Shown in pieces: positions 40,125 to 53,021 of a stretch of DNA of 64,000 nt. How positions within the stretch are numbered: position 1 is the stretch's first letter; each line of letters starts with the position of its first letter. The notes under the pieces are model-generated. The model searched no databases. It worked only from the letters and a program-made list of their open reading frames with translations, and had not been told where the DNA came from. The stretch comes from Trichoplax adhaerens. Its lineage: Eukaryota > Animalia > Placozoa. The stretch covers positions 8,952,159 through 9,016,158 of the forward strand of contig NW_002060944.1 of the NCBI RefSeq assembly GCF_000150275.1. Reading direction: 5' to 3'. The translations under genes and the position numbers were made by a program.

Positions 40125-43100
40125 TCACATTACACTATTATCATATGACGAGTGACCTAAAAAGCTCGCTTGATCTGGAAATTCCGCTTGCAAATTCTCA
40201 CGAATATTGATTTCGTCAGCAATGCTATCATGTGGCTCCATATAGTTTCCGCTCAGGTCAGGCATTTCGCATTCTGTCTCAACTGTTGTTGTCATTGATT
40301 GAGGCTATTACAAAAAAAGTCAGGGTAAGAAATCTGAAATCTACACTTTATAAATTGTATACAGTAAAATGTTACCGTCTCTGGAGCTGGAGTTGTACAT
40401 GTAGACATCGAACCAGAATTGGTGCTAAACACAACATTCGTATAGCCAGAATGAAAAATGCAATAAGCAATTTTGGCATGACAATTGGCAAATAAAGACA
40501 ATTTACAACTATTCTATAAAATGATATAATGAAAAACCTACTTTCCATTTAGGATTAACTTCCACGTTAACAAAGGAACGTAGATACTATTACCATTTTC
40601 CTTTGATGTTGCATCATTCACTAACCAAAATTATTAAAAAAGTTATCTAGGTCACCAACAGTCCGCGACAAATGCGGTTAAATTTTGGAGGCTTCAAATT
40701 TACCTTGTTTTGGTAGCTTCGGTGCTTTGTTAGTATGACTACGGAAGGCTTCCTCTTTGGAGATCCCTCTCGGGTAAACATATACGAACTGAGGAATGTC
40801 AATTAAACTATAGCAGAGAGAAACGTATACCTCGTAAACGCAGTTCATTACATGTTATAACAAAACATTTCTAACATAGCGAATCTTAGAACAGTAAGTA
40901 ATATCGCCAATATACCATTCTGATAATGTCTTTAATGCAGTAAAGTTCTTTTCATCAAGAGGTTGGGGAAACTCCACAACTTTTTGACCTGAAAGTCAAG
41001 TAAAAAATTTGTTATAACTGCATCACACCCGCATAAATAGACAATATGCATGTACTCAAATACCCATATCTCCAATCCCTGTGTAGCAAATACTAATGGC
41101 CTTAGGTTTTCTGGAACTAAATCTTAGTAGAAAAGTTCCCGGATCACAACCCAATAAAATTTCTTTCGCTCGTTCTTTAGTGATAAATCCAACAAATGAC
41201 CTACATAAAAAAGAAAAAATTTTAACAATATAGATATAATATGATATGAAAAATATTTTTTTTAAGCATAGTCATCCGAGTACTCGACCTACCCTTCACA
41301 CCAAATTGCTTTAAGCTCTGTGTTACTTTGCATTAAATCCATAATGGTGTAAAACCATTTCCAGAACGGTTGGTTAAATTCTGAATTGGGTATCTGAAGG
41401 TAAAAGTAGTATTTTGGATTAAATGGCTAGATTAGAAAACCTGCCTTATTGTGATGCATACAGTACTGCAATCATGCCATGTGCAACATAAAGTTACCTT
41501 AATAAATTTCTGCCAACTAACAGCAGCACAAGATAAATCCACCTTCATCGGATTCATATCACCTATCATATCAGCCAGTGAGTAAATTCAGAGTAAACCT
41601 TAAGGAAAAATTGCAATTCCTTAACAGCTCTATAAAGATTGCCAACCTAATAACTTTGACGCTAAAAATTGCAAATTTTCCTCAGTTAAACCACTACCAA
41701 CTCTATTTTGAAATTCTGTATTTAACATATGCGCAACACTTGGCCATTTTGCTTCTTTTGGTACTTCAAAACCTTCGCGATTCTATAATAGAAATGGAAT
41801 GTAATCACATCCCTTTCATCTTCGAAAAATATATTCAATTCACAAAAAGTGAAATATTATCAGTACCGGAGAAGAAAAATAATTGTCCCAAACGATCGTG
41901 CCCATTGCATTGGCGGTCTGATTGGTATTTACTATAACTACCGTTGGTAAAGATAGATCCTGTATAACATAACAATAATTCAACTGATTACTAGATATTA
42001 TACACTATATCACTATATAATACCAAACATCAGGTATTCATCTCGTCCAGTAAGGCAAATACAGTATTCAATTTATGAACGTTAATAGTAGAATTAGATA
42101 ATTTTAATTATAACTAAAATACCCGAACTACAATCTTTTTATTCTGAATAGCAAATTCCGACGTGAATAATATAGCAAATTTCAGTTCTGTAACCATCTA
42201 TGGCACAAAAGAAATTCAAGTTCAGTAACTTTTATGCAATTTTTATATAAAATTTTGAAAGATCTACCTCTTCACCCTTTGTTGAGGCTCTCCTTCCAAT
42301 TTTCTAACAAAATAAACAAGCACAAATGTTAAATTAATAAATTTTCAAAAGTTTTCACTACCTTGAATGCAGTTTATGATTATAATTGAAGTGAACGGCC
42401 CCATACCATATTTGTTAAATCAACTTTCCACATCCTGGTTTGACTATCAAACTGCATAGGCTGCAATACGTAATCAGTGATATAAGTATTCTCTTTAACG
42501 TGTGTAATCAAACGTTTTAAATCTAGGTCGTAATAGCGCATACCTTGCAACTATTCAAAATTTTACCACTAGCTTCTAGGCTGAAAATAAAGTAATATGA
42601 GTTATATTAACGCAAACTTTCCAACTGTCACATCATACACTATCAAGCAAACAACAGTTCTATTCTCTCAAGCACTCACTCAGGCGGAAAGTTACCGCTT
42701 TGTATACTACGAACTTGTGATTCGCTATCAAAAAAATAAAATAAAATTTAGTCAATTTATACCTTAAATTGCTTTTTAACAACATTTAGACACGATAAAA
42801 GTTACATCAAACCTTAATATATGAGCTTTAACGTCCGTTAAACCAGATAGTGCATTTAACTTAGTACCAATTAAGGAGCTAAGCATGATATACAGTCATA
42901 AGTAAGAATTACAGATAGGTCTCATGATATATAAGTTATAACAGACATAGCCCCTGCATAGAAGCAGTTTTTCTGTATACTCTTCAAAAGCATGATCTTA
43001 CCAAACCGAGGCTGCAAACTTAGTTTCAACTTTGATAATTTGAGGAGGTTGTTTCATAATGATAAAGGTTCTGTAGAATTTAATAAACGAGATTTCCATT

Positions 43101-46100
43101 ACAAAAATGAATAAGGCAATAAGCGAATGTTGAATCAGTTGAAATAGTATAATTACTCTTTAACAAGTTCACAAAGAAGACTTTCAAGCTCTTGAAAAAT
43201 GATGTCTAGCCTAGGTTTCACAGGCTCATTATTAGGCATAAGATTTTTATCGCATACAGCATGAACCTTAACAGGGAAGCCAATTGAATCATTAAGTGAA
43301 AGAAAATATTTTTAAATGTTGAATTATATCATTTTAGCTAAGGCTGAAATACAAACCTGTTCCACCAAAATTTTAGTTCTCCATATGGCATCTAAGCTGC
43401 TTTCACACCATAACTGAATTTGTTTTAATTCCTCACAATGCTTGACAGTTAAATTTTCTATGCCACATAATGTTTTTTGCCTCTGTTTCCATTCAAACAA
43501 CTGACCGGCTAAAACTTTCGTGTGCAATAGCTTGACACCATCAACAATCTTAGTAAAATTTTCTGTAATAGTCTATATAATAATCAATTATAGCAAGCCA
43601 TCATCAGTGGTACGTCCACTAAATTGCGATAGTGTTTATTATATGATCATAACCTACCAATTCAGCTTCTCTACGGCATTTTATAATCTCAAGCATATCA
43701 TTCCATAAACCTTGGCGTTGCTTAAATGCTTGAACCTATACAAGTGATTATTTAGAAAAGTAAATTATTAATGAAGGCTAAGAATAGAGTTTCTAGAACC
43801 GAAGTGTTGCTTAAACTAATAATAAGAATTAGAATTATGCTCCTTTATAATACCTGATTTGGAGGATATTTAGCACCAGCTGTAGGAGGATATCTGCATT
43901 CAGGGTGTTCTATAAGCAGGTAATTATCAGTTTTTACTTTGAAATTAAAATTAAAGAACACTGGAGTGATAATGATGACATTAGTAATTAAAACTGCTAC
44001 AACACCATCCCGAAATAACTTACGTACCAGAAAGAAATTTATTCCAATGATATGACAGAATATTGAGATTTTCTCCAAGTTGTTGAATATTCTTCCAGCC
44101 ATTTTCAGCTTCAATAGTTACTAACTGTAGTTGACTACATACTCTTCTAATATCTTCAGCAGTCGAACAGATGTTCGTATTATTACTATTATTATTCCAT
44201 TCCGAAGAGTTTCCCGTCCTCTGCAATGTCATCATGGCCTTATAAGACATTATTTACAGTTTCAGTAATATTTTTGCTCATATATATATGTACATATTTA
44301 TAGATATATAGTGAGGAATAATGAAACACCAAATTAAATTTTTAACTCTTTGGTTACCAATTCAAATACGAAAATGTTTATACCGCACATTCTTCTTATT
44401 GATCTAGTTTGTTAAGTACAATCTGTAACCACTACTGTTTGTATCAATATCCATTAATATAGCGTTATCGGCTACTTTATAATTTCTTTACCTCTTGACA
44501 TAATCTAGTTTCTGTTTCGAGACATTCAACAACAATCTCCAATAAATTGACTGGATTATTCTGGAACCGATTCTATTAGCATTTTAATAAAATTTGAGAC
44601 ATAAATAAATAATTATAAACCATACTTCATATCATTCAGAATTGGAAAGCAGTAATATATATTATATAACCAATGATCAATTTATACATCTGTTATATTA
44701 GAATTTACTCCAGCTACATATTAGCAATTACAATAGTAAGTTAGCGCACATACGGAGAAATCATCGATATATTTTGTCATACGAGACCATTGAAGCAAAG
44801 AATCTTGTGTCATTATTGATTCCAACTGTTATTAAAATGCAAGAAATACAATTTAGTACATCATACTCCAGATTCTTGTACTGTTACACGCCAGCACTAT
44901 CTATTTATAACATGTGACATCCAGTATGATTGCTGTATGTTAGCAGCCAACCGTTACTAAACATGCAAGAAATACAATTTAGTATATCATACTCAAGATT
45001 TTCGTACTGTTACACGCTTATACTATCTATCTATAGCATATGACATCCAGTATGATAGCTGTATCTTAACTGATGGACAATCTCAGTTAATTCGATCCAG
45101 TATCAAAGCATATTCAAATTAACTATATAGATACAGTATCTCAGCGAAAGGTCAAGATTGTGATAATTTATTTATTAAATCAAAATGTTGTCTAGCAATA
45201 TGATGCATTGTAATAGAAGTAAAATAGGCAGTCATTTAACAAATACCCAACGATGCGCAGTTATCGCCATGAATATACTTGGTATTCACGGTAAGTAACA
45301 ATAATATAAAAAGGTATCTATTGCTATTCAAGGCTGATATATTGATCAGAGAAATAATACTGGGATGTATTGCAATAAGTCTAGACTTAATTGCAGATAA
45401 TTATGTACAGTACATAAAACTATTTCCCTTTAGTATCTATATAAATAATCCAAAAGTTGTTTTTTCTTATACAAGCTGTTGTACACATTTAATTATTAAT
45501 TATATGTCTAGATTCACAGTACAATTAAGGTTAAATAGTATACAATGAAGTTTTCAAAACTAGACATAAAATAAAAATTACGTTGGATTAATAAAGATGA
45601 TAAATTGGTACCAAGGATAAAAATAATAAAAATTGTAAAACTTTGTCAATTTCATCAATAAAGTAAACTCACCTGCTGAGCTTGTTGCCTCATAAGATTC
45701 AGAATTTCATCGCGGAAGCAAATTGCGGTCATTTCATCGCGATTTTGCCTTAAATTCCTATTGAAAATAAAAAAGAACTATTTATATTAAGCTTTGGTTT
45801 ACTAGATTCATCCATTCTATTCCTCTATCTCCTATTCTTAACATCAACCTTTTTGCGTATCTATAGATAGCTTCGATCTGTATACGCGTATTTTTCTTTA
45901 CGTTTTAGGCAAACTTTCTACTACTATTCCACTATGAATTTCTACTAATAATAAAATTGAGCTACCAACAGTAAGGTTTATCATAATAGTTATTTTAGAC
46001 GATCAATGTTAAACAACAGAATCATTTTTCTTGAGTTGGACATCCACTTTAGTCGAGATGAATAGAAATGACTAGCAAACAATAGGTAAAGTTATATAAT

Positions 46101-48591
46101 ATTGCGAGCTAGTATTCATTTCAGAACCCGTTAGTCGATTCGTTAATTTAGTTCAAGTTGTTATTGTCAGTTATTATGAATTCGAATAATAGCACTTTCA
46201 ATAAACTACGTCTTTACTCTACAGATAAATAAATATTCACTTTTTTTGCCAGCCATGATAGAGGTTTTCAAAGAAAACAAATGTGTGAATGACAATTTAC
46301 AGTATCCACGCAATATGGAACCATTTAACATCGGAAAAAGTTGAATAAAAAAATTGTACGCAAGCTGTAAAGCCACAAAAAAAAGTCGTGAAGGATATCA
46401 TTGTTAGAAATTGGAACGAACTCTAAAGTTATGATGATTTAAGCGTGTAATAATAGCGAATTTTTGGCTGCATTGATATAAGCATAGAAGATGATCATCA
46501 AATATAACACTTACCATATTTTCTTGACACTGCCATCAAATACGGCTAAATGCCGTTATTAATGCTAAAACGTGATAATATAGTCTACGTAATAATCATC
46601 CTTAGGGACTACTCGCCACTTTCTCCCTTTCCCCCCCCCCCAAAAAAAAATACTTGCGAATTTTTACTTTAAAGTTAAGGGCAAAAATTAGCGAGTAGTC
46701 ACTATCATCATTAATTGATTGCTCTCTGTTTGGACATTAAATGTAACTACATCAATCTAGATTCAATAACGATGAAAACTAGCATCGGTATAGTGTAGTA
46801 TTTGGTACTACAACACTATATTAGTGTACTAATAAAATTAATATTCGGCAGTAATTCGTGCTATCGATGGACGTGATCTTTCTTTTCAATAACGGTAAAA
46901 AGAAATAAAAATTAGTACAGTCGATAGAGAACATTGACTTCGTTCTCCGCTACTACACAATAAATCTTCCTCGAATTTTTAATATGGGCGATAGCATCAT
47001 TAACGTAGCATGATAGAATATTGTCAAAGAAGGAAAAAAAATTGAAATTGAAATAGTATTTAATCTATTTCCATAAGAAACTGAGAAAGCCTTAGAAATA
47101 CAGTAAGACTACAATTTTGGGGCTGATATCGGTCTCGTAGACACGCTAGTGATCTATCGTTCCTATTGACCATTTCTTAAGGTGTTGCAACGTAAACTAC
47201 TCTTAACAAAGGAAAACATCAATCCAATGGCTCGATATTAATTTTATTTAAAATGATTACGCTAGCCCATGATTTTGCCGATTCAGCCGGGTATTTAAAG
47301 GTAGTAACCATCATGTACAGGAAATTTTATCATTAGAATGTCCTATCGAATCGCTTACAACATGATACATTTAGTCAGTCACGCCTGAAAATTATTACAC
47401 CAATTTCATGTGCAAAACTTGGAATCTGCATCGACTTTATCATAGACCCGATTTTTAAAAATCGCTCTTGATTGTAAGCTGTAAGATGTATCTAATTTGA
47501 CTAACAAGCTGATCAAGGACACAGTTGCTCGTTCAATAACGTCGTTATTTCTATGCAATTGATCCGCGTGTACATGGCAGGTTCATTGAATATTACCACA
47601 AACCAGGCTGTGCTGCAATAGACTGCGACTACTTTGCCATCTTGCGCTTCTTGAATTTTAGAGGTCCAAAAATCTGTCTATTGTCAGAAATTCATTGCAG
47701 ATCGTTTCAAGTTGGCTTCTTACTCTACATGATGGTTTCATTGGCGTTAATTTGACTTGAACAATGACATCCGTTGCATATTACTGTGGGAGAGTGGAAA
47801 TGTCTATAAAACTCGCTATTGATTTCCTCCCCCGCCAAAAAAAAAAAATTATTCATATAATATACGTCTAATCCAGTGGAATCAGATCGTAAGCTGTCTT
47901 AGACCATCATTAGCCTTGGTGTTGTTATTTAAAAGTGGCGATCAGTTTAAAATGTCCCTTACTCAACTCTTGACGAATGTTTATTTAATTACAATCTCGG
48001 GCAGTATCCCAATCCCCTTTCAACTGCAACGTAATAACAAGAAGTACCATATCAAAGTAAATTCATAGTCAAGCATATGAAAAAAGAACAAAAAGGAATA
48101 AAGAAAGAGAAAATGATAATAATAATCATTATTTATGTAGATCCAAATTTCCAATTTGGAAATTGGATAGGATAAAAAAAAATTTGAATACAACTGTGGA
48201 ATAGTTGAAAGGGAAAGAGAGAGAGAGAGAAAAAAAAGGAGAATGCGATGATGAATGATGGAGGAAAACATGTCTTCCGATACGCTATGCCATACCGTAT
48301 CAACGCATGGAGAAAAGGACGATCGGTGTTGGCGATCAATGCAATTGATTCTCTCGTCTAGGATATTTTTACTAGGTGATTGATTGCCTTTAGGTAAAGT
48401 ATGATAGACTGGGTCCAATACTATTTGATTACTCTACGCTAGGATAGATAGAAAGCTTACCAAAACTGGTTCTCAATCCAATTGGCAAAAGTACATCTGA
48501 TTTCAATATGAAATTGATGCTTTTCATAAGTGCGAAGCATTTCTTGTAATGCAGGACCGCGAAGACTTTGAGATGCTGCCCAAAGAGCCAT
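40125..48591 (-). CDS. STAT: Signal transducer and activator of transcription (STAT5-like), 26 coding exons, ~806 aa
   Basis: Exons: 48591-48461, 45757-45673, 44825-44754, 44572-44492, 44220-44028, 43909-43854, 43735-43658, 43572-43357, 43266-43157, 43070-43002, 42878-42813, 42724-42680, 42580-42544, 42460-42407, 42303-42268, 42197-42123, 41959-41867, 41782-41647, 41562-41498, 41393-41293, 41200-41064, 40988-40916, 40807-40704, 40620-40542, 40424-40376, 40304-40125 (2421 nt). Domains: N-domain MALWAASQSL..FHIEIRCTFANWIENQFW; coiled coil EWKQRQK; DBD TFIIMKQPPQIIK, SLPTVVIV, WDNYF; linker FWKWF; SH2 GFITKERA..PGTFLLRFS; candidate phospho-Tyr in NSIYVPL. Confidence 0.95.
44822..45070. repeat. 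Diverged ~125-bp tandem duplication (two copies) in STAT intron 2, including the exon-3 acceptor
   Basis: CCAACTGTTATTAAAATGCAAGAAATACAATTTAGTACATCATAC... at 44822 recurs as CCAACCGTTACTAAACATGCAAGAAATACAATTTAGTATATCATAC... at 44947. The copies align through GACATCCAGTATGAT.GCTGTAT. Confidence 0.93.
46603..46704. mobile_element. MITE-like ~100-bp element with terminal inverted repeats and TA flanks, in STAT intron 1
   Basis: Left arm TAGGGACTACTCGC.. versus the reverse complement of the right arm TAGTGACTACTCGC.. (10-bp perfect core GACTACTCGC, extending imperfectly inward to ..CCCTT). TA at both ends; internal C11A9 tract. Confidence 0.5.
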
Positions 48592-49058
48592 TTTTCAATC
48601 CTTGCAACGATGGACCAATGCTATGGTAGTGTTATATCAATCTCCTTGTCAATCAACCGATCCAATACTGTAGAATCAAGGTAATGCCTAATTGCTTTGG
48701 ATTTCTTCTCACTCTTCAAGCACACTATCCGATGCCTTCTCGTCCAATCGATGTAATTGAGTCAGGAATATTGAGTGCAATCAAATAAACTTGCAAGAAG
48801 TGAAAATAACTCACTAGCTTCTGATTCTACCGCAGGCAATACCCCGGTTGCGCCTGGTGGGTTAGCGATCCTGGTACGCCAGGACTACAGTATACTGTAC
48901 TGTATTGTGGTAGGTGCTACGATGGACCAAGATACTGTACACTGTAGATTAGGGTACAGGACACTGTAGCAGGATACTCTCCCGGTTGGGTCCACTGTAC
49001 CTCCATGAAAATTTTGGATTGTCTTTTTTTTTTTGTTGGAATTCATTTTTAATTTTCT

Positions 49059-49322
49059 TATTCCATTCAATTCCTTGCCCTATACCATTCAATCCCTTGC
49101 CCTATACCATTCAATCCCTTGCCCTATTCCATTCAATTCCTTGCCCTATTCCATTCAATTCCTTGCCCTATTCCATTCAATTCCTTGCCCTATTCCATTC
49201 AATTCCTTGCCCTATTCCATTCAATCCCTTGCCGTATTCCATTCAATTCCTAGCCCTATTCCATTCAATTCCTTGACCTATTCCATTCAATTCCTTGCTC
49301 TATTCCATTCAATCCCTTTACC
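49059..49322. repeat. 22-bp minisatellite, 12 units, consensus TATTCCATTCAATTCCTTGCCC
   Basis: Direct reading: units start at 49059, 49081, 49103 through 49301. About 470 bp upstream of the STAT ATG. Confidence 0.98.
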
Positions 49323-52300
49323 TATATACCAACGCCATGACAGCGTTGGTGTTGAAAACGAGACAGCCAGTTCCGTTTCCTTTTTCTCTCCAGAGTTACC
49401 ATGAGTTGATCGAGACACTTTTCTTCTTTACTCACAGCTTTCTTTTCTCTTTTCAAAGTTGCTTACGCCAGACTCGATTACAGTACAACAACAATAAAAC
49501 CAAAGCACAGTATGCAGTCTCTACTGCATTGGCCATTGTGTCTGCGAGAGAAGGGAGAGGATAAAAGACGGCGATTACAAGGTTTTTGTTTTTCTTTCAC
49601 TTTCTGATCTTCCAAGTCCAAATTATCCTCTCAAACAGGTCTAAACCAAGGCACAACAGTAGCCACCATTGGCCAATATGGACTCCCATATTGATCTTGC
49701 ACCGGTGTCTACCCACAGCGTGACGTCCATCTGACCGTTCGTCCCAGTACTTTTCGACACGAACAGACAACCAGCTAGGCACTACTTAACCCGTCTACCC
49801 GCACTGGAAAGAAATGGTTGCTGCTTATCGAGAAGATGGATATCGAGTTTACCAACTACTTTAAACTAATCTGGTTGGGGTACAACTAATTTATTGCTGC
49901 TATAATATGGACTTGTAAATTCGAATCAAAAATGAAAAATTGGCTAATAATTGGATATTTCTATCGTGTCTCCTCTGCGATGGACTATACTGTACTGGAT
50001 AGTGGATAGTAGCGCCTTTGTTGTAATAACTTTGCTTTCCAGCGATGCTCCACCATACTTGTTCAATCGAGATGGCCACTAAATTGCGCCCTTGATCTCG
50101 ACATAAGTACATATATAACAACGCCTAATCACAGACATGATAAGAGGGCTTTAGCTTGGTACTCAAAACAGAACGTGCACAGCTAGAATAGGATATACTT
50201 TGGATTCATGTACGTTGCTTCATTTTTTTGACGTACTTAGACAACACTCACTCGACACAAACTTAGCCCTAAAACAGTTATGATCACCCTATGAGTATTT
50301 CATATTGTCAGGATAAGCTACGAACAGTAGAATGATAAAAAAAAATGGAGTGAAGAACAACACACTTTATTCTTTGACTCGATGTCACAAATTCTTCACC
50401 GATTTTTTATACGGTAGAGTGAAAAACAGCGATCGACGAAGAAGAAACAATGTAGAGTTTATCGTAGCGGCCGTTCTCTCAAATAACATATTCCACTAGA
50501 TATTTCTTCCAGCAGTGAAAACCGGAATGGATGCTTTTAGCCTATCAACTCGAGAGTATATACCCTATGTATATATATAAACCTCAATCTTGGAATCGAG
50601 CTAAAATGAAATGTCATCCTAAGACGTATTAAGCTTGCTTTCCAAATTTGAATGTTGCAATTATTATTGATTGTGTAGCTATCTGAAACATATTTAGCTT
50701 GGTTATACTAGAAGAAATACAAAACAATTTGAGGATGATGAATCATTGGAATGTCCTAAGCAACGCATGCAAAGTTGGCTAGTACAATAACAAAATGTGC
50801 GTGAGACCATGCATCAGAAAATAGAAGATAATGAGACTGGATGCGTACGGCACTACCTTGGATATTCCCATTAATTAAGTTAATGCAAGACGAAGATTGC
50901 GGTTATTCACAATCAATAAGCATTTTCAAGAACGTCTAGAATAACACAAGATATTGGCTTGGCAGAACCGCTCTTCAGTCCTATTGCAACACAATGAAAA
51001 GCAGTCATTGCAGTTGGAATAGACTGAGAGAGAAGTTACCCTTAACCAAATTACCAGTATAATAAGAGCTATCGTAACAATAGAAAGTAGAATATGCTTA
51101 AAACATTATACAGTTCATTCTCCTATCCACTAAAATGATTAAAAGACAATGCTTACAACTCCATGTGACGCAATAAGCCATAGCCAAAAAAATACTTCTA
51201 TAATGCATTTAAATGTCATGTGGAACAGTATGTTACCCATGTGGAACTAGATGAAAACAATTGTATTTATTAAAAGGAAATTGCAAGATTGTTAATTTTT
51301 AGATGAAAACAAATAAATTACTCTTGATCATTCTATAGTAACAAAAATACGGCCTAATTTGATGACTAAGATGATTTAAAATTTGCATAACAACACCCTA
51401 CAAGTCACAAAATCATTCTGTCTTATCTGTTACCCTCAAAATGGAAAAGCCTAATTGATCCGCATAACAGCATTGATGAATAAAAATGAGTATTGATATC
51501 GTATCTTACCATCGATGCACGCGTCGAACTATATAAAATACTCTGTAAACAACAACAAAAAAAAGCAAGTACGAGTAGTATCACACTGCTGCAAAGAAAC
51601 AACACCAAAATGTAAGAATATTTGATTGCTAGAAAGAGGAAAAGAAACCTAAAATACTACTATAAAATAGCTAATCAAAGAGTGTATAAATATCATACAC
51701 TACGATTATTATACATTCACGAAAGAATGAAGAAAGTCAAGGAAACATACTGTCAGTGCATCTTACTTTGACAGGGAAAAAATTAAAGCTGCAAGCCAGC
51801 TAAAGCCCTCATGCTTATATTTGGAAATAAATACTACTGTATTTTTAATGCGACATATCAAGATCAATTTATGGATCTTAGGAATGACCGCAACGTAACA
51901 GTATACTCGTATATATATAAAATATGTATGCTGGAATATGTTGGCCAGTAGAAGATTTTAAAGAGTATTATAAACGATGAAATGTACCCCAAGGTTGAAT
52001 ACTAATTTTGCGTTTACTGGGCAACTGTAGCTAAATCATAAACCAAACACCATATCATCGTAAAACAAACGTACTATTTAAAATCGGCCCAATAATTTCT
52101 GAAAAATGCAGTCTACATTCTGCCAACATCGCTGTGTCATACAGTACCACATGAGAGCGAATTTTCGCATGGGTTATAGTTTCAATCTAGTTTGCAAAAT
52201 GGACAGAATTAATATGAAAATATCATAAAGTCCCTAGAGATCAACAAGGTAACATTCGCGTAAGTACAATTATATACCAAAACTTCAGTCACAAATTTCA

Positions 52301-53021
52301 TTAATATAGACCCTCCGTCTTCCGTAGCCAAGAGCAAATTAGGCAGTCTAATGTACTGTAATAATAATATTTATACAGTAACAAAAAATAAAAAATCGCT
52401 AGTGTTATGGTAAAAAAAGGATGAAACGGGAATCTTATCAGATATCGCTAACTTCAGTTAGAAAAGTCTAACGTTTTAGTTTTAAAATTCAGCAATGTAA
52501 ACGTATATATCGGTACCTCCCTCGAAAATTAGCTTATCATGACTAGATAGATATGAGCTAACCCCTAATACTCAAGAATTTTAAATCATTGCATCCATAC
52601 AAGTGAAAAATTGACTAGATATACATTGCTAACTTAGATTTTACGTATTTTATTGCTCCATCCTTGCTATATTTAGCTAAGGACTAGTAGATTCTCTTCT
52701 ACGAATCCTTGATTTAGCAAATACTTTTATTCTCATCATTACTACGATATAATTTCAGCCGATATCTAATTAACCGCATAATAGATAGAAATAGCCTTTA
52801 GCAATAAAGGCTTTATCAATCATAATCGATCATGATCTCTTGATCTATATTCCATGAGGATTAGCATAAAAATATTGATTACATACACAATACGCAATAA
52901 ATGCACAAATGTAAAGACACCTTGATTAATTAATTTAAAATCTAATTTAGTCTAGTATTTAAAATGCAAGTAGATAAATCAAGCAGTATTGATTTCACGG
53001 AGGAATATTCGGCACTTTGAA

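Noticed and set aside
41578-41937. 119-aa plus-strand ORF
   Set aside because: Antisense shadow of STAT exons; no independent features.
46515-46560. Alternative STAT first exon ending ...KKIW|GTAAGT
   Set aside because: In-frame stop just upstream and poor similarity. The exon at 48591-48461 matches the STAT N-domain far better.
48986-49404. ORFs with IPFNSLPYSIQFLALFHSIPCP repeats
   Set aside because: Translations of the 22-bp minisatellite.
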